A stretch of 64,000 nt of DNA from Mobula hypostoma (lineage: Eukaryota): the NCBI RefSeq assembly GCF_963921235.1, contig NC_086128.1, positions 20,460,001 through 20,524,000 on the forward strand. Reading direction: 5' to 3'. Below, one piece after another: positions 40,501 through 52,770 of this stretch. The translations under genes and the position numbers were made by a program. How positions within the stretch are numbered: the stretch's first letter is position 1; the number at the start of each line of letters is the position of its first letter. The notes below the pieces were generated by a model, which saw nothing but the letters and a program-made list of their open reading frames with translations, was not told where the DNA came from and did no database searches.

Positions 40501-40981
40501 GTGTAATTGTCACCCATTCAGCCATTCCTCTCAACTCAATTATCTCATCTGACATTGCTGTTACAGTCTGGAGTTTTTTCTGTAGTCCAATCCCAACCAA
40601 AGTACTGACATTCTGTTACCCCCAGTCCCATTATTATATATTAACTATTTGCTGTGGCAGAACTTCTTTCAACAACCATGTAGTATGAGCCAAAGAAGAA
40701 GGAGAAAATTCTATTATACTTTTGCTAACTCCTGTTATACAACCTTAGTACAAAGACCTATTTTATAGCTTTGTCATTTAATTTGTCATTAAATCTTTCT
40801 CATTTAATTTTCTCAGAAAAATAAGAAAGAAGCAACGCGTCTTTCTCGTTTGATGCCTGAAGATTGGCTTGCACAACAGGCAGAGATGAGTTTGAGCCAA
40901 GAGCAGGAATATTTGGAAGAAACCTATCAGAGCACTGTGGAACAGTACCGACGTATCCTAGAGCGATTGGCACGTGCCTGA
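10680..40981 (+). CDS. HAT1: Histone acetyltransferase type B catalytic subunit, 11 coding exons: join(10680-10686,14863-14934,15450-15525,19136-19256,21499-21678,28023-28144,28707-28811,29955-30061,33991-34142,39014-39130,40817-40981), 407 aa
   Basis: Manual splicing gives one open frame [36 protein letters not shown]...[26 protein letters not shown]...[12 protein letters not shown]...[11 protein letters not shown], colinear with human HAT1 as recalled. All 10 introns are GT-AG with consistent phases; 1224 nt = 408 codons. Confidence 0.97.
12950..13460 (-). mobile_element. CR1 LINE 3' fragment
   Basis: Reverse complement resembles the CR1 ORF2 C-terminus and 3'UTR of the other copies. Confidence 0.65.
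14863..14934 (+). CDS. HAT1: HAT1 exon 2
   Basis: tttacAG acceptor; [23 protein letters not shown]; GTATGT donor. Confidence 0.95.
15450..15525 (+). CDS. HAT1: HAT1 exon 3
   Basis: ttaacAG; [25 protein letters not shown]; GTATGT. Confidence 0.95.
15672..16160 (+). mobile_element. CR1 LINE 3' fragment (HAT1 intron 3)
   Basis: Degenerate [25 protein letters not shown]; CR1 3'UTR ending GGCTGAATGGCCTAATTTTGCTCCT. Confidence 0.8.
17870..18155 (-). mobile_element. V-SINE/HE1-like SINE (related copies ~43020-43320 and ~56145-56330, both minus)
   Basis: tRNA-like head plus V-domain core GTGGGTTTCC...GCTCTGGTTTCCTCCCAC..TCCAAAGAC. Confidence 0.75.
18700..18906 (+). mobile_element. Ancient Deu-domain SINE (SacSINE1/AmnSINE1-like) tail
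   Basis: TTACAACAGTGACTGAAGTTCAAAAATATTTCACTGGTTGTAGAGCACTTTG resembles the recalled tail of this family; weaker copies elsewhere in the introns. Confidence 0.5.
19136..19256 (+). CDS. HAT1: HAT1 exon 4
   Basis: ctgcAG; [40 protein letters not shown]; GTAGGC. Confidence 0.95.
20120..21400 (-). mobile_element. CR1 LINE RT fragment (intron 4)
   Basis: [22 protein letters not shown]...ISKFTDN. Confidence 0.88.
21499..21678 (+). CDS. HAT1: HAT1 exon 5
   Basis: tctAG; [43 protein letters not shown]...YEIYK; GTGAGT. Confidence 0.95.
22790..23580 (+). mobile_element. Rex1/Babar-type LINE 3' part
   Basis: CITVWYGS...SLQKVVDT...LLPSGVRYR...SFRNSYY; 3' end GATAATAAATTTACTTTGAAC. Confidence 0.75.
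28023..28144 (+). CDS. HAT1: HAT1 exon 6
   Basis: gtgcAG; [41 protein letters not shown]; GTAAGT. Confidence 0.97.
28517..28564. repeat. (CA)n microsatellite in HAT1 intron 6
   Basis: Direct reading. Confidence 0.95.
28707..28811 (+). CDS. HAT1: HAT1 exon 7
   Basis: acacAG; [34 protein letters not shown]; GTAGGT. Confidence 0.96.
29955..30061 (+). CDS. HAT1: HAT1 exon 8 (GNAT motif A, acetyl-CoA binding)
   Basis: tcaAG; [35 protein letters not shown]; GTCAGT. Confidence 0.97.
31301..33432. mobile_element. Tigger/pogo-like DNA transposon remnant with two nested CR1 fragments (31890-32290 +, 32430-33380 -)
   Basis: TA|CAGTGGATTCCAGTTAATTGGG ... CCCAATTAAATTGAATCCTCTG|TA imperfect TIRs. Minus-strand remnant resembling the pogo C-terminus ([11 protein letters not shown], ~31760-31800). 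Confidence 0.7.
32430..33380 (-). mobile_element. CR1 LINE 3' part
   Basis: ORF 32803-33270: [10 protein letters not shown]...RDLGVLV...[14 protein letters not shown]; (TCTTATGG)-type tail. Confidence 0.9.
33991..34142 (+). CDS. HAT1: HAT1 exon 9
   Basis: tttcAG; [35 protein letters not shown]...WKINK; GTATTT. Confidence 0.96.
35268..35616. mobile_element. Tc1-derived non-autonomous fragment
   Basis: Degenerate HTH-coding remnant ([16 protein letters not shown]) and terminus CCTAATAAAGTGGCCACTGAATG|TA. Confidence 0.55.
35990..36830 (-). mobile_element. RTE-clade LINE fragment
   Basis: Remnant [19 protein letters not shown] followed by RW..HF..LLN-like sequence. Confidence 0.6.
37290..38550 (+). 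mobile_element. CR1 LINE, deleted copy (ORF1 piece joined to RT 3' part)
   Basis: ISKFAD-like motif; [15 protein letters not shown]...[14 protein letters not shown]. Confidence 0.8.
39014..39130 (+). CDS. HAT1: HAT1 exon 10
   Basis: tttcAG; [39 protein letters not shown]; GTATTT. Confidence 0.96.
39945..40490 (-). mobile_element. CR1 LINE 3' fragment
   Basis: Similar to the 20120-20650 copy. Confidence 0.7.
40817..40981 (+). CDS. HAT1: HAT1 exon 11 (last coding exon)
   Basis: tctcAG; [16 protein letters not shown]...[27 protein letters not shown]. Confidence 0.93.
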   Translation, partial: KNKKEATRLSRLMPEDWLAQQAEMSLSQEQEYLEETYQSTVEQYRRILERLARA

Positions 40982-41504
40982 ATTCCTTTGCGATTCTTCC
41001 CTTCCCTCCCCCCCCCCCCCTTTATTTGTATGCAAGAGTCTAGATTGGTTGACTATGGTTGTTAATGTTGCATTGTATTTTGTGGTCAAGAGACTTTTGC
41101 CAATCACAATCAGTAAGTGGCTTTCCATTGAAACTGAAGCACTTGAATCAATGTTAAGCCTTTCTCTGTTACAGTGTATACGTTGCTTAAAATTGTGACA
41201 TCAATTCAAACAATATCTTTTCAAAATGTATATATAGAAGCACTGTACTATATTTTTAGAAACATATTTACTGAACTACTTCTGGAATGTCTAGCTGCAA
41301 TTAATGATTTTGGTGGGAGACAAGGCCAGTGGACTCTGAAGATGTTCATTTAGCAGAGAAAGCCAGTGTCCTGTCCACCAGCTATGCTTTTTGGCATTAG
41401 ATTAAAAAAAAATTCTAGTTTGTCTGATTTGATTTATTTTTGGAACTTGAGAGTTCAGCAAACAATTATGCCTTAGTTTTATATCACTATGTACTTCTGG
41501 TAAA

Positions 41505-42267
41505 AATAAATATACTTTGTTATCCAGTTTTTAAAAAATATATTAAAGGGTGGTACAGTATTCACAGCGAACACTGCTGGTACAATCACTAATACTGGAA
41601 TTCTACCACCAATGAATAGTCTATAAGTAAATAGTAAAAGTATATGCAAAGTACCTTTTAACTTCACCCAGCTGGTGAGAATTTGGCATTTGCACTCCAT
41701 TGGGCTATTGCCTTTGGATATCAATTCAACTTAGATTAGTAGAATAAAGTATCTTCTGTGTCAGCATGGTGGTATATGACTGCTGTGTGAAATGAGTTTC
41801 AATATTTGGTCTGGTCAGAAGTACATCTGGCTTGTGATATGTTGCATTGTAACACTGTTGAAATGGCCCTCTTAATTTTTGGCTGAGAGCCTTACTTTTT
41901 CCAACTTGTCTGTATTTGCTTTGGGAGTTTTTGCTGAATCACATTTGTGTATGAAATATACATAATTCTATTTCCACTAACAGCTCTCACTTTTGATGGA
42001 AGAATGTTACATGATGAACTTGTGGGGATATCAACTATTTTGCTTCTGTGTTGCTTTTTGAATCTTACTGGCCATTTTTTTGCTCCATGAATTCTTATCT
42101 GTATGGATGGAGCCAAGTCCTTAAGTGAGATTCTATAAAGGTGTTTTTGCAGGGTGTTGTGCATCATTTTGAACATTCTGATGAATACTATTGTTAATCA
42201 CAAATCTTAGCATTGCAATTATGGACTCTAGTCGCAGCAGTAATAGTTCCACCAACCGAAAAATAAA
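41505..42267 (+). terminator. Candidate HAT1 polyadenylation signals
   Basis: AATAAA at 41505-41510, 41743-41748 and 42262-42267 in AT-rich, repeat-poor sequence after the stop; the last is followed by GT/T-rich sequence. Confidence 0.45.
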
Positions 42268-44089
42268 CACATTTGAGGTGTTTCCAGAGTTACCAGTTTT
42301 ATTTTCACTCATCTTTTCAAGAAGACAAGAACCATCCTTGTAAGTTTTCTTTGCATTTATATTAAGAATCCTTTAGTTACTTTTTGTAACAGTTGTTGCA
42401 AACACGGCATTTCTATGAGTGTGATTAAAAGTGTTGCTTGAAAATTGGATTTGGACCACCTTTGTTGTTCTGAACATACGCTGTATATTGTGCTAATCCC
42501 AACTGAAATCCCCACAAAAAATTAGAATTGGCTAAATTTGTGTTAAATATAGACCTCTGGACAGCACACAGATCATGCTGTTAAGCGTGTCTAATTCATT
42601 GTTGGAAACTGCCTAAAAAGCTTGCAGCTGCTGCACTGATCACTGGAAATGGTGTCAAACTTTGAATGCTCCCCATAACAGCCACACAAAACTAGTTTGT
42701 AAAAAGCTTTGCACTAGGGTAAAAGAAAAAATGCATGGGCCACGGGAATATGTGAGAGACCACCCCCTTGAAGTCCTCTATCCTGATCTATTCCCATGCT
42801 GCAAGTTGCCCTCTGCTACTGCAGAATGCAGATCAATTAATGAAGCAGTGATCACAGCTCTAATGGGCACTGTATTAAAAAGCTGCAATCAGCAATGAAG
42901 CTGTCAGATGTTCTATGCAAGAGGTGAATGTCAGAGGGACACCTTTCACTTGTCTCATTGACAACATGGTACAATGTGCTCCTATTTTTGAAAATGCTTA
43001 TGTCTATTTTTCCTTATTACAAAAGGAGGCCATTTCACAGCAATCCTATCATCCTACTTTTTCTTGTAACAAATTCTCCCCACATTCCCATCACTTTCCC
43101 CGAGATTCTACCACTCACCTACACACCAGGGGTAATTTGTAGCAGCCAATTAATCTACTGATCCATGTGTCTTTGGGGTGTGGGAGGAAACTAGAGCACC
43201 AGGGAAACCCCACACAGTCATAGGAAGAACATGCAAACTACACAGACCAACAGCAGAGGTCAGGATTGAAGGTAGGTCTTGAGCTGAGGCAGCAGTACTG
43301 CTATCTGCACAACTATGGCATCCACTAACAAAGATTGCTCCCTAAAGCTTCAGCTTAGTGCCAGCATTGGAGGAAAGTCGGGATGTACGAGCTGAGATGT
43401 CATTGGATGAAAGGCTCACCAGGAAAGTGAGAAGTGCCCAGACCAAGTTCTTGATTTGGCCAATTTAACCCTGGCATAATCATTAGTATGACTGAGCCCA
43501 CATAAAATCATTTTCCTCATGTTTGTTGTGTGTCTCTTCCATACATGCTAACCCTGACATTCTGTATGTCCCTTTATTTCTCTTTGAGAAAGAGGGTGAA
43601 TATGGTGGGTATGGTGCTTGCTCCAGTGAGGAGGAGGATGGTACCTGGTCCTGGGACAAATTGGAGTGAGTATTGTGACTGGGTCTCTTCCTCTTCCCCC
43701 CCCCCCCAACCCCCCACACACAAACACACTCATTCCTTAATCCTCATTATAGAGTGATGGCTGACACCCAAAGAAGGATACCAGACAGTTGCCAAGCCCA
43801 AAAAATGTTTTCAAATAGTTAAAAGTTTAAAAACAGAATAAAATTCTGCAGATGCTGGAAATCTAGAGTAACATGCATGCATAAAATGTTGGAGAAACTC
43901 AACAGGTCAAACAGCATCTGGAAATGAATATAAACAGTCAACATTTTGGGCCGAGTTCCTTTTTTTTGGTCAAATTGTTTAATTCGAGTTGGACAATCAA
44001 TGTTAGGGCAGCATAAAAAGAGCTACCTTTTAATCAGGAGGGCGATCGAGATTTTAAGGGCAGCGATTCGCAGCAGTTTCCCTGAGTTG

Positions 44090-47000
44090 AGGAGCAACCA
44101 ATCAGAGGGATGCATTAGAAAGGGCCAATAAAAATAACTCAAGTGCAGGTTGGAGTGGCATTCTTGTGAGTGTGCCAGTGGCTTTGGTTTGTCAGGTTTG
44201 GGTGAAGTAAAGTATCTTGTAAGTTTCTGCCTCTTTCCCCCTCTCTCTCTTTATTTGTTCATTCCTGATCTGTTAGGGCATAGCAGTTTAGTGAGAATGG
44301 CTCCAGCGGCAGTGTTCTGTACTCTGTGTGGGATGTGGGAAGTCTGGGAGACCTCCAGCCTCCCAGATAAACAGATCTGCACCAGGTGCACCGAGTTGTA
44401 GCTCCTCAGAGAATGTATTAAGGAACTGGAGTTGCAGCACGATGACCTTCAACTCATCCGAGAGACTAAGGGAGGTGATAGATAGGGGCTACAGGGAGGG
44501 AGTCACGCCTAGGTTGCAGGAGGCAGATAGCTGGGTGACTGTCAGGAGAAGGAAGTGAAATGCCCAGCCAGTGCAGAGACACCTCTGTTCCCCTCAATAA
44601 GTATACAACTTGAGATACTGTTGAGGGGGACAACCTACCCGGGGGGGGAGGGGCACAGTGACTGGGTCTCTGGCACTGAATCTGGTGCTTTGGCTCAGAA
44701 GAGTAAGAGGTGAAGAGGAGTGTGGTGTTGATAGGAGATTCCTTTGTCAGAGGAACAGAGATGAAGTTCGGTGGGTGCGATAGAGATACTCGGATGGTAT
44801 GTGGCCTCCCTGGTGCCAGGATCAGGGATATCTCAGATCAGGTCCATGGCATCCCCAGGAGCGAGGGTGAGCAGCCAGAAGTCTTGGTACATATTAGCAA
44901 CAATGACATGGGTAGACAAGGTGAGGAGGTCCTGAAGAGATATTTTATGGGAATTAGGTAGAAAGTTGAGAAACGGGACCTCCAGGATAGTAATCTCTGA
45001 AATGCTGCCTGTGCCATGTGCCAGTGAGGATAAGAATAGGATGATTTGGCAGGTGAATGTGTGTCTGAGGAACTGGTGCAGGGGGCAGGGGTTCAGATTT
45101 GTGGATCATTGGAATCTCTTCTGGGGAAGGTATGACTTGTACAAAAGGGATGGGTTACAATTGAACCTGAGGGGGTCCAATATCCTCACAGGCAGGTTGA
45201 CTAGAGTTGTTCAGGTGGGTTTAAATTAATTTAGCGGGGGTTGGGAACCAGAATGATAGTGCTGAAGATGAGGTAGTTGGTTTATAAACAGAGGCAATGT
45301 GTAGTGAGACTCCTAGCAAGGAGAGACTGATGATCAGGCAAAATTACAGTCAACGGGATGAGTTGCAATGTAAAAGGTGGACAAAATCAAAAAGGGCAAA
45401 TACAGGACTAAAGGTGTTACATTTGAATGGGCACAGTATATGGAATAAGGTAGATGAACTTGTAGCTCAGTTATAGATTGGCATGTATGATGTAGGCATC
45501 AGTGAATCATGGCTAAAAGAAGCTGGGAGCTTAACATCCAAGGATATAGATTGTATCAAAATGAAGACAGATGGGGTGGGAGTTGCTCTGTTGGTAAAAA
45601 ATGAAATTAAATCATCAGAAAGAGGTGGCATAGAGTAAGAAGGCATTGAATCATTGCGGATAGAGCTAAGGAACTGCAAGGGTTAAAATATTCTGATGGG
45701 AGTTGTATACAGATCCCCAAACAGTAGTAAGGATGTGGCCTACGAATTACAACAGGAGGTAGAAAATGCATGCCAAAAGGGCAATGTTCCAACAGTCATG
45801 GGAGATTGGGAAAATCAGGTTGGTGCTGGATTCCAAGAGGGGGAGTTTCTAGAATGCCTATTAGTTGGCTTTTTAGAGCAGCTCGTGGTTGAGCCCACTA
45901 GGATCAAGCATCTTGGAGTGAGTGTACGGCAAGGAACCAGAATTGATTAGAGACCTTAAGGTAAAAGAACTCTTAGGGGCAACTGATCATGATATGATAG
46001 AATTCACCCTGAAATTTGAGGAGAAGCTAAAGTCAGATGTATCAGTATTACAATAGAGTAAAGGGAATTGCAGAAGCATGAGAAAGGAGTTGGCCAGAAT
46101 TGATTGGAGAAGAACACTGGCAGGGATTTCTGGAAGCAATTTGGAAGGTGAAGGATATATACACCCAAAGAGGATGAAGTATTCTAAAGGCAGGATGACA
46201 CAACCGTGGCTGACAAAAAAAGTCAAAGCTAAGTGAGGGCATATAATAGAGCAAAATTTAGTGGAAAGTTAGAGAATTGGGAAGCTTTTATAAATCAACG
46301 GAAGGCAACTAAAACAGTATTTAGGAAGGTAAAGATGGAATACAAAAGTAAGCTAGCCGATAATATTAAAGAGGATATCAAAGGTTTCTTTGATACATAA
46401 AGGGTAAAAGAGAAGCGAAGGTGGATATTGGACCACTGGAAAATGATGCTGGAGAGGTAGTAATGGGGGACAAGGAAATGGCAGGTGAACCAATAAGTAT
46501 TTTGCATCAGTCTTCATTGTGGAAGACACTAGCAGTATGCTGGAAGTTCCAAGTGTCAGGAGTCATGAAATGTGTAAAGTCACCATTTCTAGGGAGAAGG
46601 TTCTTGGGAAACAGAAAGGACTGAGTGTATATAAGTCACATGGACCAGATGGTGTATACCCAAGGGTTCTGAAAGAGGTGGCTGAAAGAGATTATGGAGG
46701 CATTAGTAATGGTCTTTCAAAAATCACAAGATTCTGGAATGGTTCCTAAAGACTGGAACATTGCAAATGTCACTCAACTCTTCAAGAAGAGAGAGAGGCA
46801 GAAGAAAGGAAATTATAGGCCAGTTAGCCTGACCTCAGTAGATGGGAAGATGTTGAAGTCAATTATTAAGGATGAGGTCTCAGGGTATTTGGAGGCACAT
46901 GATAAAATAGCCCATAGTCAGCATGAAGGGGAAATCTTTTTTGACAAATTTGTTGGAATTCTTTGAAGAAATAACAAGCAGGACAGACAAAGGAGAATCG

Positions 47001-48345
47001 GTTGATGTGCTCTTGGATTTTCAGAAGACCATTGACAAAGTGCCACACATGAGGCTGCCTAACAAGCTATGAGCTTATGGCATTACAGGAAAGATTCTAG
47101 CATGGATAAAGTAGTGGCTGATAGGCAGGAGGCAAAGAGTGGGAAGAAAGGGAGCCTTTTCTGGTTGGCTATCAGTGACTAGTGGTGTTCCACAGGGGTC
47201 TGTGTTGGGACTAATTCTTTTTACGCTATATACCAATGATTTGGATGATGGAATTGATGGCTTTGTTGCAAAATTTGCAGATGATACGAAGATAGGTGGA
47301 GGGGCAGGTAGTTTTGAGGAAGTAGAGAGGCTATGGAAGCACTTGGGTAGATTAGAAGAATGGGCAAAGAAATGGCAGTTGGAATATAGTATCGGGAAGT
47401 GTATGGTCATGCACTTTGGAAGAAGAAATGAAAGGGTTGACTATTTTCTAAATGGAGGGAAAATACAAAAATCTGAGGTGCAAAGGGACTTGGGAGTCCT
47501 TATGCAGGATTCCCTGAAAGTTAATTTGCAGGTTCAATCTGTGGTGCAGAAGACACACGTGATGTTAGCATTCATTTCTAGAGGACTACAATATAAAAGC
47601 AAGGATGTAATGTTGAGACTTTATAAAGCATTGGTGAGGCCTCAGTTGGAGTATTGTGAGCAGTTTCGAGCACTTTATCTTGGAAAGGATGTGCTGAAAT
47701 TGGAGAGGGTTCAAAGGAGGTTCACAAAAATGATTCCAGGATTGAATGGCTTATCATATGAAAAGTGTTTAATGACTCTGGGCCTTTATTCACTAGAATG
47801 CAGAAGAATGAAGGGTGAACTCATTGAAACCTATCAAATGGTGAAAGGCCTTGATAGAATGGATGTGGAGAGGATTTTTCCTATGGTGGAAAAGTCTTAA
47901 GACCAGAGGACACAACCTTAGAATAGAGGGGCGTTCTTTTAGAACAGAGAAGAGGAGGAACTTCTTTAGCCAGAGAGTGGTGAACCTGTGGAATTCTTTG
48001 CCACAGGGAGCTGTTTTTATGTATATTTAAGGCAGAGGTTGATAGATTCTTGGTAACACACACAAAATGCTGGAGGAACTCAGCAGGCCAGGGAGCATCT
48101 ATGGAAAAGAGTTTAGTCAACGTTTTGGGCTGAGACCCTTCAGCAGGACTGTCTGCTGCCTGCCTGAGATCCTCCAGCATTTTGTGTGTCACTTGGATTT
48201 CTCTTGGTTGTTGATAGATTCTTGATTTGTCAGGGCATGAGAGGGGAGGGGGTGGAGGGATGGCAGGAGATTGGGGCTGAGAGGGAAATTGGATCAGCCA
48301 TGATGAAATGGTGGAGCAGACCCTGAGCCAAGTTACCTAATTTTG
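44090..48345 (+). mobile_element. Near full-length degenerate CR1 LINE (ORF1 zinc finger + SGNH esterase; ORF2 APE + RT)
   Basis: CTLCGMWE...CTRC; VLIGDSFVR...GLPGARI...HISNND...DGLQLN; GVVYRSPNS; GNYRPVSLTS; GVPQGSVLG...KFADDTK. Many stops and frameshifts. Confidence 0.92.
48053..48209. repeat. Fold-back insertion of the same family inside the CR1 3' end
   Basis: ACACACAAAATGCTGGAGGA...TCCTCCAGCATTTTGTGTGT arms; 15-bp TSD GTTGATAGATTCTTG (48038-48052, 48210-48224). Confidence 0.8.
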
Positions 48346-48974
48346 CGAGATTTTTCTTTCATCTCACAACATTCGAAGTAGATCTGGCAAAACCTCCTTC
48401 ATTGAAAGTGCCTGCTGTATCTGTGACTGGGAATTACAGTTTTTGATGCCTTCGCTGACTCTCAATTGCTCATCTCAGGGTAGTATCCATTGCAAGGTCA
48501 AACTGGTTCACAGCTCCATTATCACACCCAACAACCGGGCACCAAGTCTCCTTCCTCTGTTTGTGTTTGGTTTGCTTTATTTCTATTCTGGCTTCCTCTT
48601 CATAGTTATGCCCACAAACTTCATTCTTCACGGGACATTCCATTTCTCTATGTAATGGGGCAAATGAAATTCCTTCAGCTCTGGGTCACTGCATTGCCCT
48701 CGTCAATCTCACTGGCTAAAGTGCTCTCGCTCTGTGACTCTGCACCAACTTGCCTTACCATCTCATTCAGCTGACTATTAAAATGGAGATATTTATCAGT
48801 TTTGAGCAGATTTTAATCTTTGTTAATATTTTTCAGTTCATTAAACATCTATCTGGCCATTCTTGCGTCACCTGCTTTACGATGCTTCCGAAAATTTGTA
48901 TGAATTGTTCAAATTCTCGATACATAATCCAGCATAAACTTTTCCAGTTTGCTCATTTCCTCTGCACTAGGTAT

Positions 48975-51900
48975 TGTAACTGGGAGAAATGTACGTAATT
49001 CACAACCACCAACATTAAGTTGTGGTTTCGCTTTAAGAAGCTGGCCTGACCTGATGATGTTGTTATGTAAAGAGTTTTAACACACTTTTGTGTTTAGGTT
49101 TTGGAGTTTAATAAAATGTGTTATGGGTTTCATCAAAAATAAATGCCTCACTTTGTTTTATTTGCAAAAACCTACATTGGTGACCCCGATGCTCCTGGAC
49201 AATTCTTGAGTTATTGAACATGTCGGCCAATGCAGTCACTTAGAAACTGCTGGAGTTTTGGGAGCAAAAATGCCGTCGCTTGGTTTGTACAAGCTGAGTT
49301 CAGTTTGCTCTGCGAGAAATCACTGCCGACCACACCAAATTCTACTACATGGCAGTATCACTCAGCAATTCCATGGCTGTGAGAGTGGTGAGTCTGCTTC
49401 AATACCCACTGAACACATTGAATATCGATCACTGGAAGCTCACTTTTTACAGACTTTTGGACTATCGGAGTCTGAGCACACCATACAGTTGCTCTCCTAA
49501 TCCGGTTTTGGCGACGTGAGGCCTTCAGAGCTAATGGACCACATGCTGTCTCTCTTGGGAAATTACTATCCTTGTTTTATTTTTAAAGAACTCTTCATGC
49601 AGCAAATGCCTGATCAAGTTCACATCACCCTCACTAATGCACCCGTGAAGGACTGTAGGGAGCTTGTTAAAATGGCTGATAGTCTATAGTCAGCTAGGCA
49701 ACGGTGTATTATTCTTCCTTTCTCCATCTCAATAAGCCCGGTCAGCAATGCCCTCAACATAAGGATGGCCGTGGCTGTGAAACTGTGAAGGCTGAGTTTG
49801 CCAACGTGGAAAGACTTGGAACTGTACGCCAGTCAAATAGCCCCTGGGCTTCTCCCATCCATATGGTCCCTAAGCCTGATGGTTTTTGCCACCCATGTGG
49901 TGACTACTGATGCCTTAATGAGGCCACCACCCCCGAATATTACCTGGTGGTCCCACACATCCAGGACTTTTCGGCACCCTTAGCTGGAAAATTATTTTTT
50001 CCCCAAAGTTGATCTAGTTAGGGGCGACCATCAGGTGCCTGTGTGCTCAGAGAACATTCTCAAAACAGCTGTGATAACCCTGTTTGGCCTTTTTTGAGTT
50101 TCTGCGCATGCCACTCGGCCTGAAAAATGCAGCACAGACTCTCCAATGGCTGATGAATTCTGTATTAAAAGACTTAGATTTTCTTTTTGTTTATCTGGAT
50201 GACACATTTGTCCCCAGTGCATCCAAATCTGAACACGTATCCCATCTCTGCACACTTTTCGAGAACTTAAGTCAACATGTGTTGATTATTTCCCTTGCTA
50301 AATGCCAGTTTGGGTTCTCAACCATTGACTTTCTCGGCCATCGCATCTCCGCAGAAGATGCAAAACCACTCCCATCAAAAGTAGCCACTATTATGGATTT
50401 CTCACCGCCCCGCAATACAAAAAAAAACTACAGGAGTTTTTAGGTATGGTGAATTTCTATCACTGCTTCATTTGGAGAGCTGCTGAGCTTGTGCTTCCCC
50501 TGTATAGTGCGCTTAAAGGAAATACCCCTAATCAAGTGCTTGACTAGTCAGTGGATATGACCAGGGCATTTGATCATACCAGACAAGGTCTTTCTAATGC
50601 AACCCTACTGGCACACTGGCTCCCCAATGCACCTGTAACAATTACTTCTGACGCTTCATGAAGTGGGTGCTGTGCATGAACAGCTGGTTGGAGGCATAGG
50701 CAGCTGTTCATGTTCTTCAGCCGGCAGCTCTGTCCCCCGAAAGAAAGTACAGCATGTTTAACTGTGAGCTTCTCGGTCTCTATATGGCTGTCCGCCATTT
50801 TCATTTCCTTCTAGAGGGTTGCCATTTCACAGCATTCATTGACCACAAACCCCCTCATGGACGCGATGGCCAAAATATCAGACCCTTGGTCTGCATGGCA
50901 GCAACGCCATCTGGCCTATATATCCAGGTTCACAATGAATATACGACATATCAGGGGGAAGAATAATGCCGTGGCTGACCTAGAGATCCAGGTTTACCGA
51001 ACAGCAGTCATGGGCCTGCTGACATTAAGTTCGGGGAAGTTGGTGTTTCTCTCCTGTGTGATGTCTCAAATGGTCGCACTCACCCCATCGTGTCTGCAAA
51101 CCAGAGATGGACTTTTTTCGACTCCATACATCGCCTCCCACATCCGGGCTGGAAGGCCACACAGAAACAGATTGCACTAAAGTTTGTTCGGCATGGCTTC
51201 AGAAAGGACGTGCATGATTGGACTGCAGCTTGTGTGGAGTGCCAGCAGGAAAAAATTAATCCTCATGTACAGGCACCATTGGCACAGTTTTGAGGTCCCC
51301 GAACAACGGTTTGACCACGTCAATGTTGGTCCTCTTCCCGCCTCCTGCAGTTTTACGCAACTTCTTACCTTGGTGGATCATACCACCTGGGGCCAAAGGT
51401 TGTCCCTCCAGCATCGATGATGGCTGCAGACGTGGCTCGCGTGTTCTTCAGCACCTGGGTTGCTTGGTTTAGCACCCCATCTGATATTTCCTCTGACCGC
51501 GGTCCCCAATTCATATCAGACCTCTGGGCTGCAATGCCCCAGAACCTCAGCATGAGGCTACATCACACCATGGCATACAACCCACAGTCCAATGGCCTAA
51601 GCAAGTGGTTTCACTGCTCCTTAAAGACTGCTGTGAGGGCTTCACCGACAGATGGTGTTGGCATGATCATCTCCTATGGTTCCCTCTGGGGCTCAGAACT
51701 GCTCTGAAAGAGGACCTACAGTCGCCCGTGACAGAGTTGGGATATGGGCAGCCGTTACTAGTGCCAGGTAATTTCATTCCTGAAGCCACGACCGCCTGGC
51801 CGGCCTCTCAACAGTGTTCCACCCTCCTCAGTAAATTCAGTTCCTTTTCACCTATTCCTACATCCCATCATGGCCTACAGCCTCTTGGGTTCCAGCTGAC

Positions 51901-52470
51901 CGACATTCTGCCTTGTTTGTCTTCGTCCACCATGATGCACAAACATCCCCTTAGGCCCCCTTACAATGGTCCCTTCCACGCACTGGGACGGGGAGACCAG
52001 ACTTTTAACATAGATAAGAGGGGTAAACCTCAACCTACTTCAGTAGATCACCTTAATCCAACTGACCAAGTTTTGGAGGACTCCAATACCACGCCCCTGC
52101 CGTCACGACATGACCATGAGTATGTCAACACATCTCTGGATGAGCCAGAGGCACCTGCCGTTCCTCCACCCATGGAACACAGAACCCGAGCCAACCGGCT
52201 CGCCTGACCTCCAGACAGGCTCACAATACTGGTTTCTGTGAATTCTGAGGGGGTGGGGGACTGTGTAGGGTAAAGCAACAAATGTACATAATTCACAACC
52301 ACCAACACTGAGTTGGGGTTTTGCTTTAAGAGGCTGGTATGATGTGATAATGTAATTACATAAAGATTTTTCGAGTGCTTTTGTGTTTAGTTTTTGGAGT
52401 TCAATAAAATGTGTCACAGGCTTCATTAAACATAAAACACCTCACTTGGTTTTACTTGCGAAAACCTACA
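48975..52470 (+). mobile_element. Gypsy/Ty3 LTR retrotransposon, degenerate
   Basis: LTRs ~48975-49176 and 52264-52470 (TGTAGG...CCTACA). PBS TGGTGACCCCGA at 49178 (complementary to the tRNA-Trp 3' end). G-rich PPT 52247-52260. RT (SPWASPIHMVPK, MPLGLKNAAQT, YLDD), RNase H (ELLGLY, IDHKP), integrase (SDRGPQF, YNPQSNG, GPF). Confidence 0.93.
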
Positions 52471-52596
52471 AGTGCAAAGTCAGTTGTGAGCTCAATTCCA
52501 GAATTGACTGACACATGACCAGCTTTCAACGAGGACAATTCTGAATCCAAACAAGACCTTGGCTCACTGTTCAAATGGCTGCCTGCCTCTCCAGAC

Positions 52597-52770
52597 CCTT
52601 CAGCGGTTAAAAAAGTCTGTTAGTAGTTTGAAGTGGTTCCCTAACTACTTGTCCCACCTCTTTAGATAGTAACATCTCCTCTCAATTTTGCAATTACTAT
52701 CATTAAGTTTCAGAAGTTAATTTTGCAACACTATATTATGCAATCTGTTACTGTTTTCCTCTTTTTACCA
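52597..52770 (+). repeat. Local direct repeat, copy A (copy B 57563-58144, expanded by two insertions)
   Basis: CCTTCAGCGGTTAAAAAAGTCTGTTAGTAGTTTGAA...GTTTTCCTCTTTTTACCA shared by both copies. Confidence 0.9.

Noticed and set aside
44710-45229. SGNH/GDSL esterase as a host gene
   Set aside because: It is the standard ORF1 esterase domain of the surrounding CR1 and is disrupted
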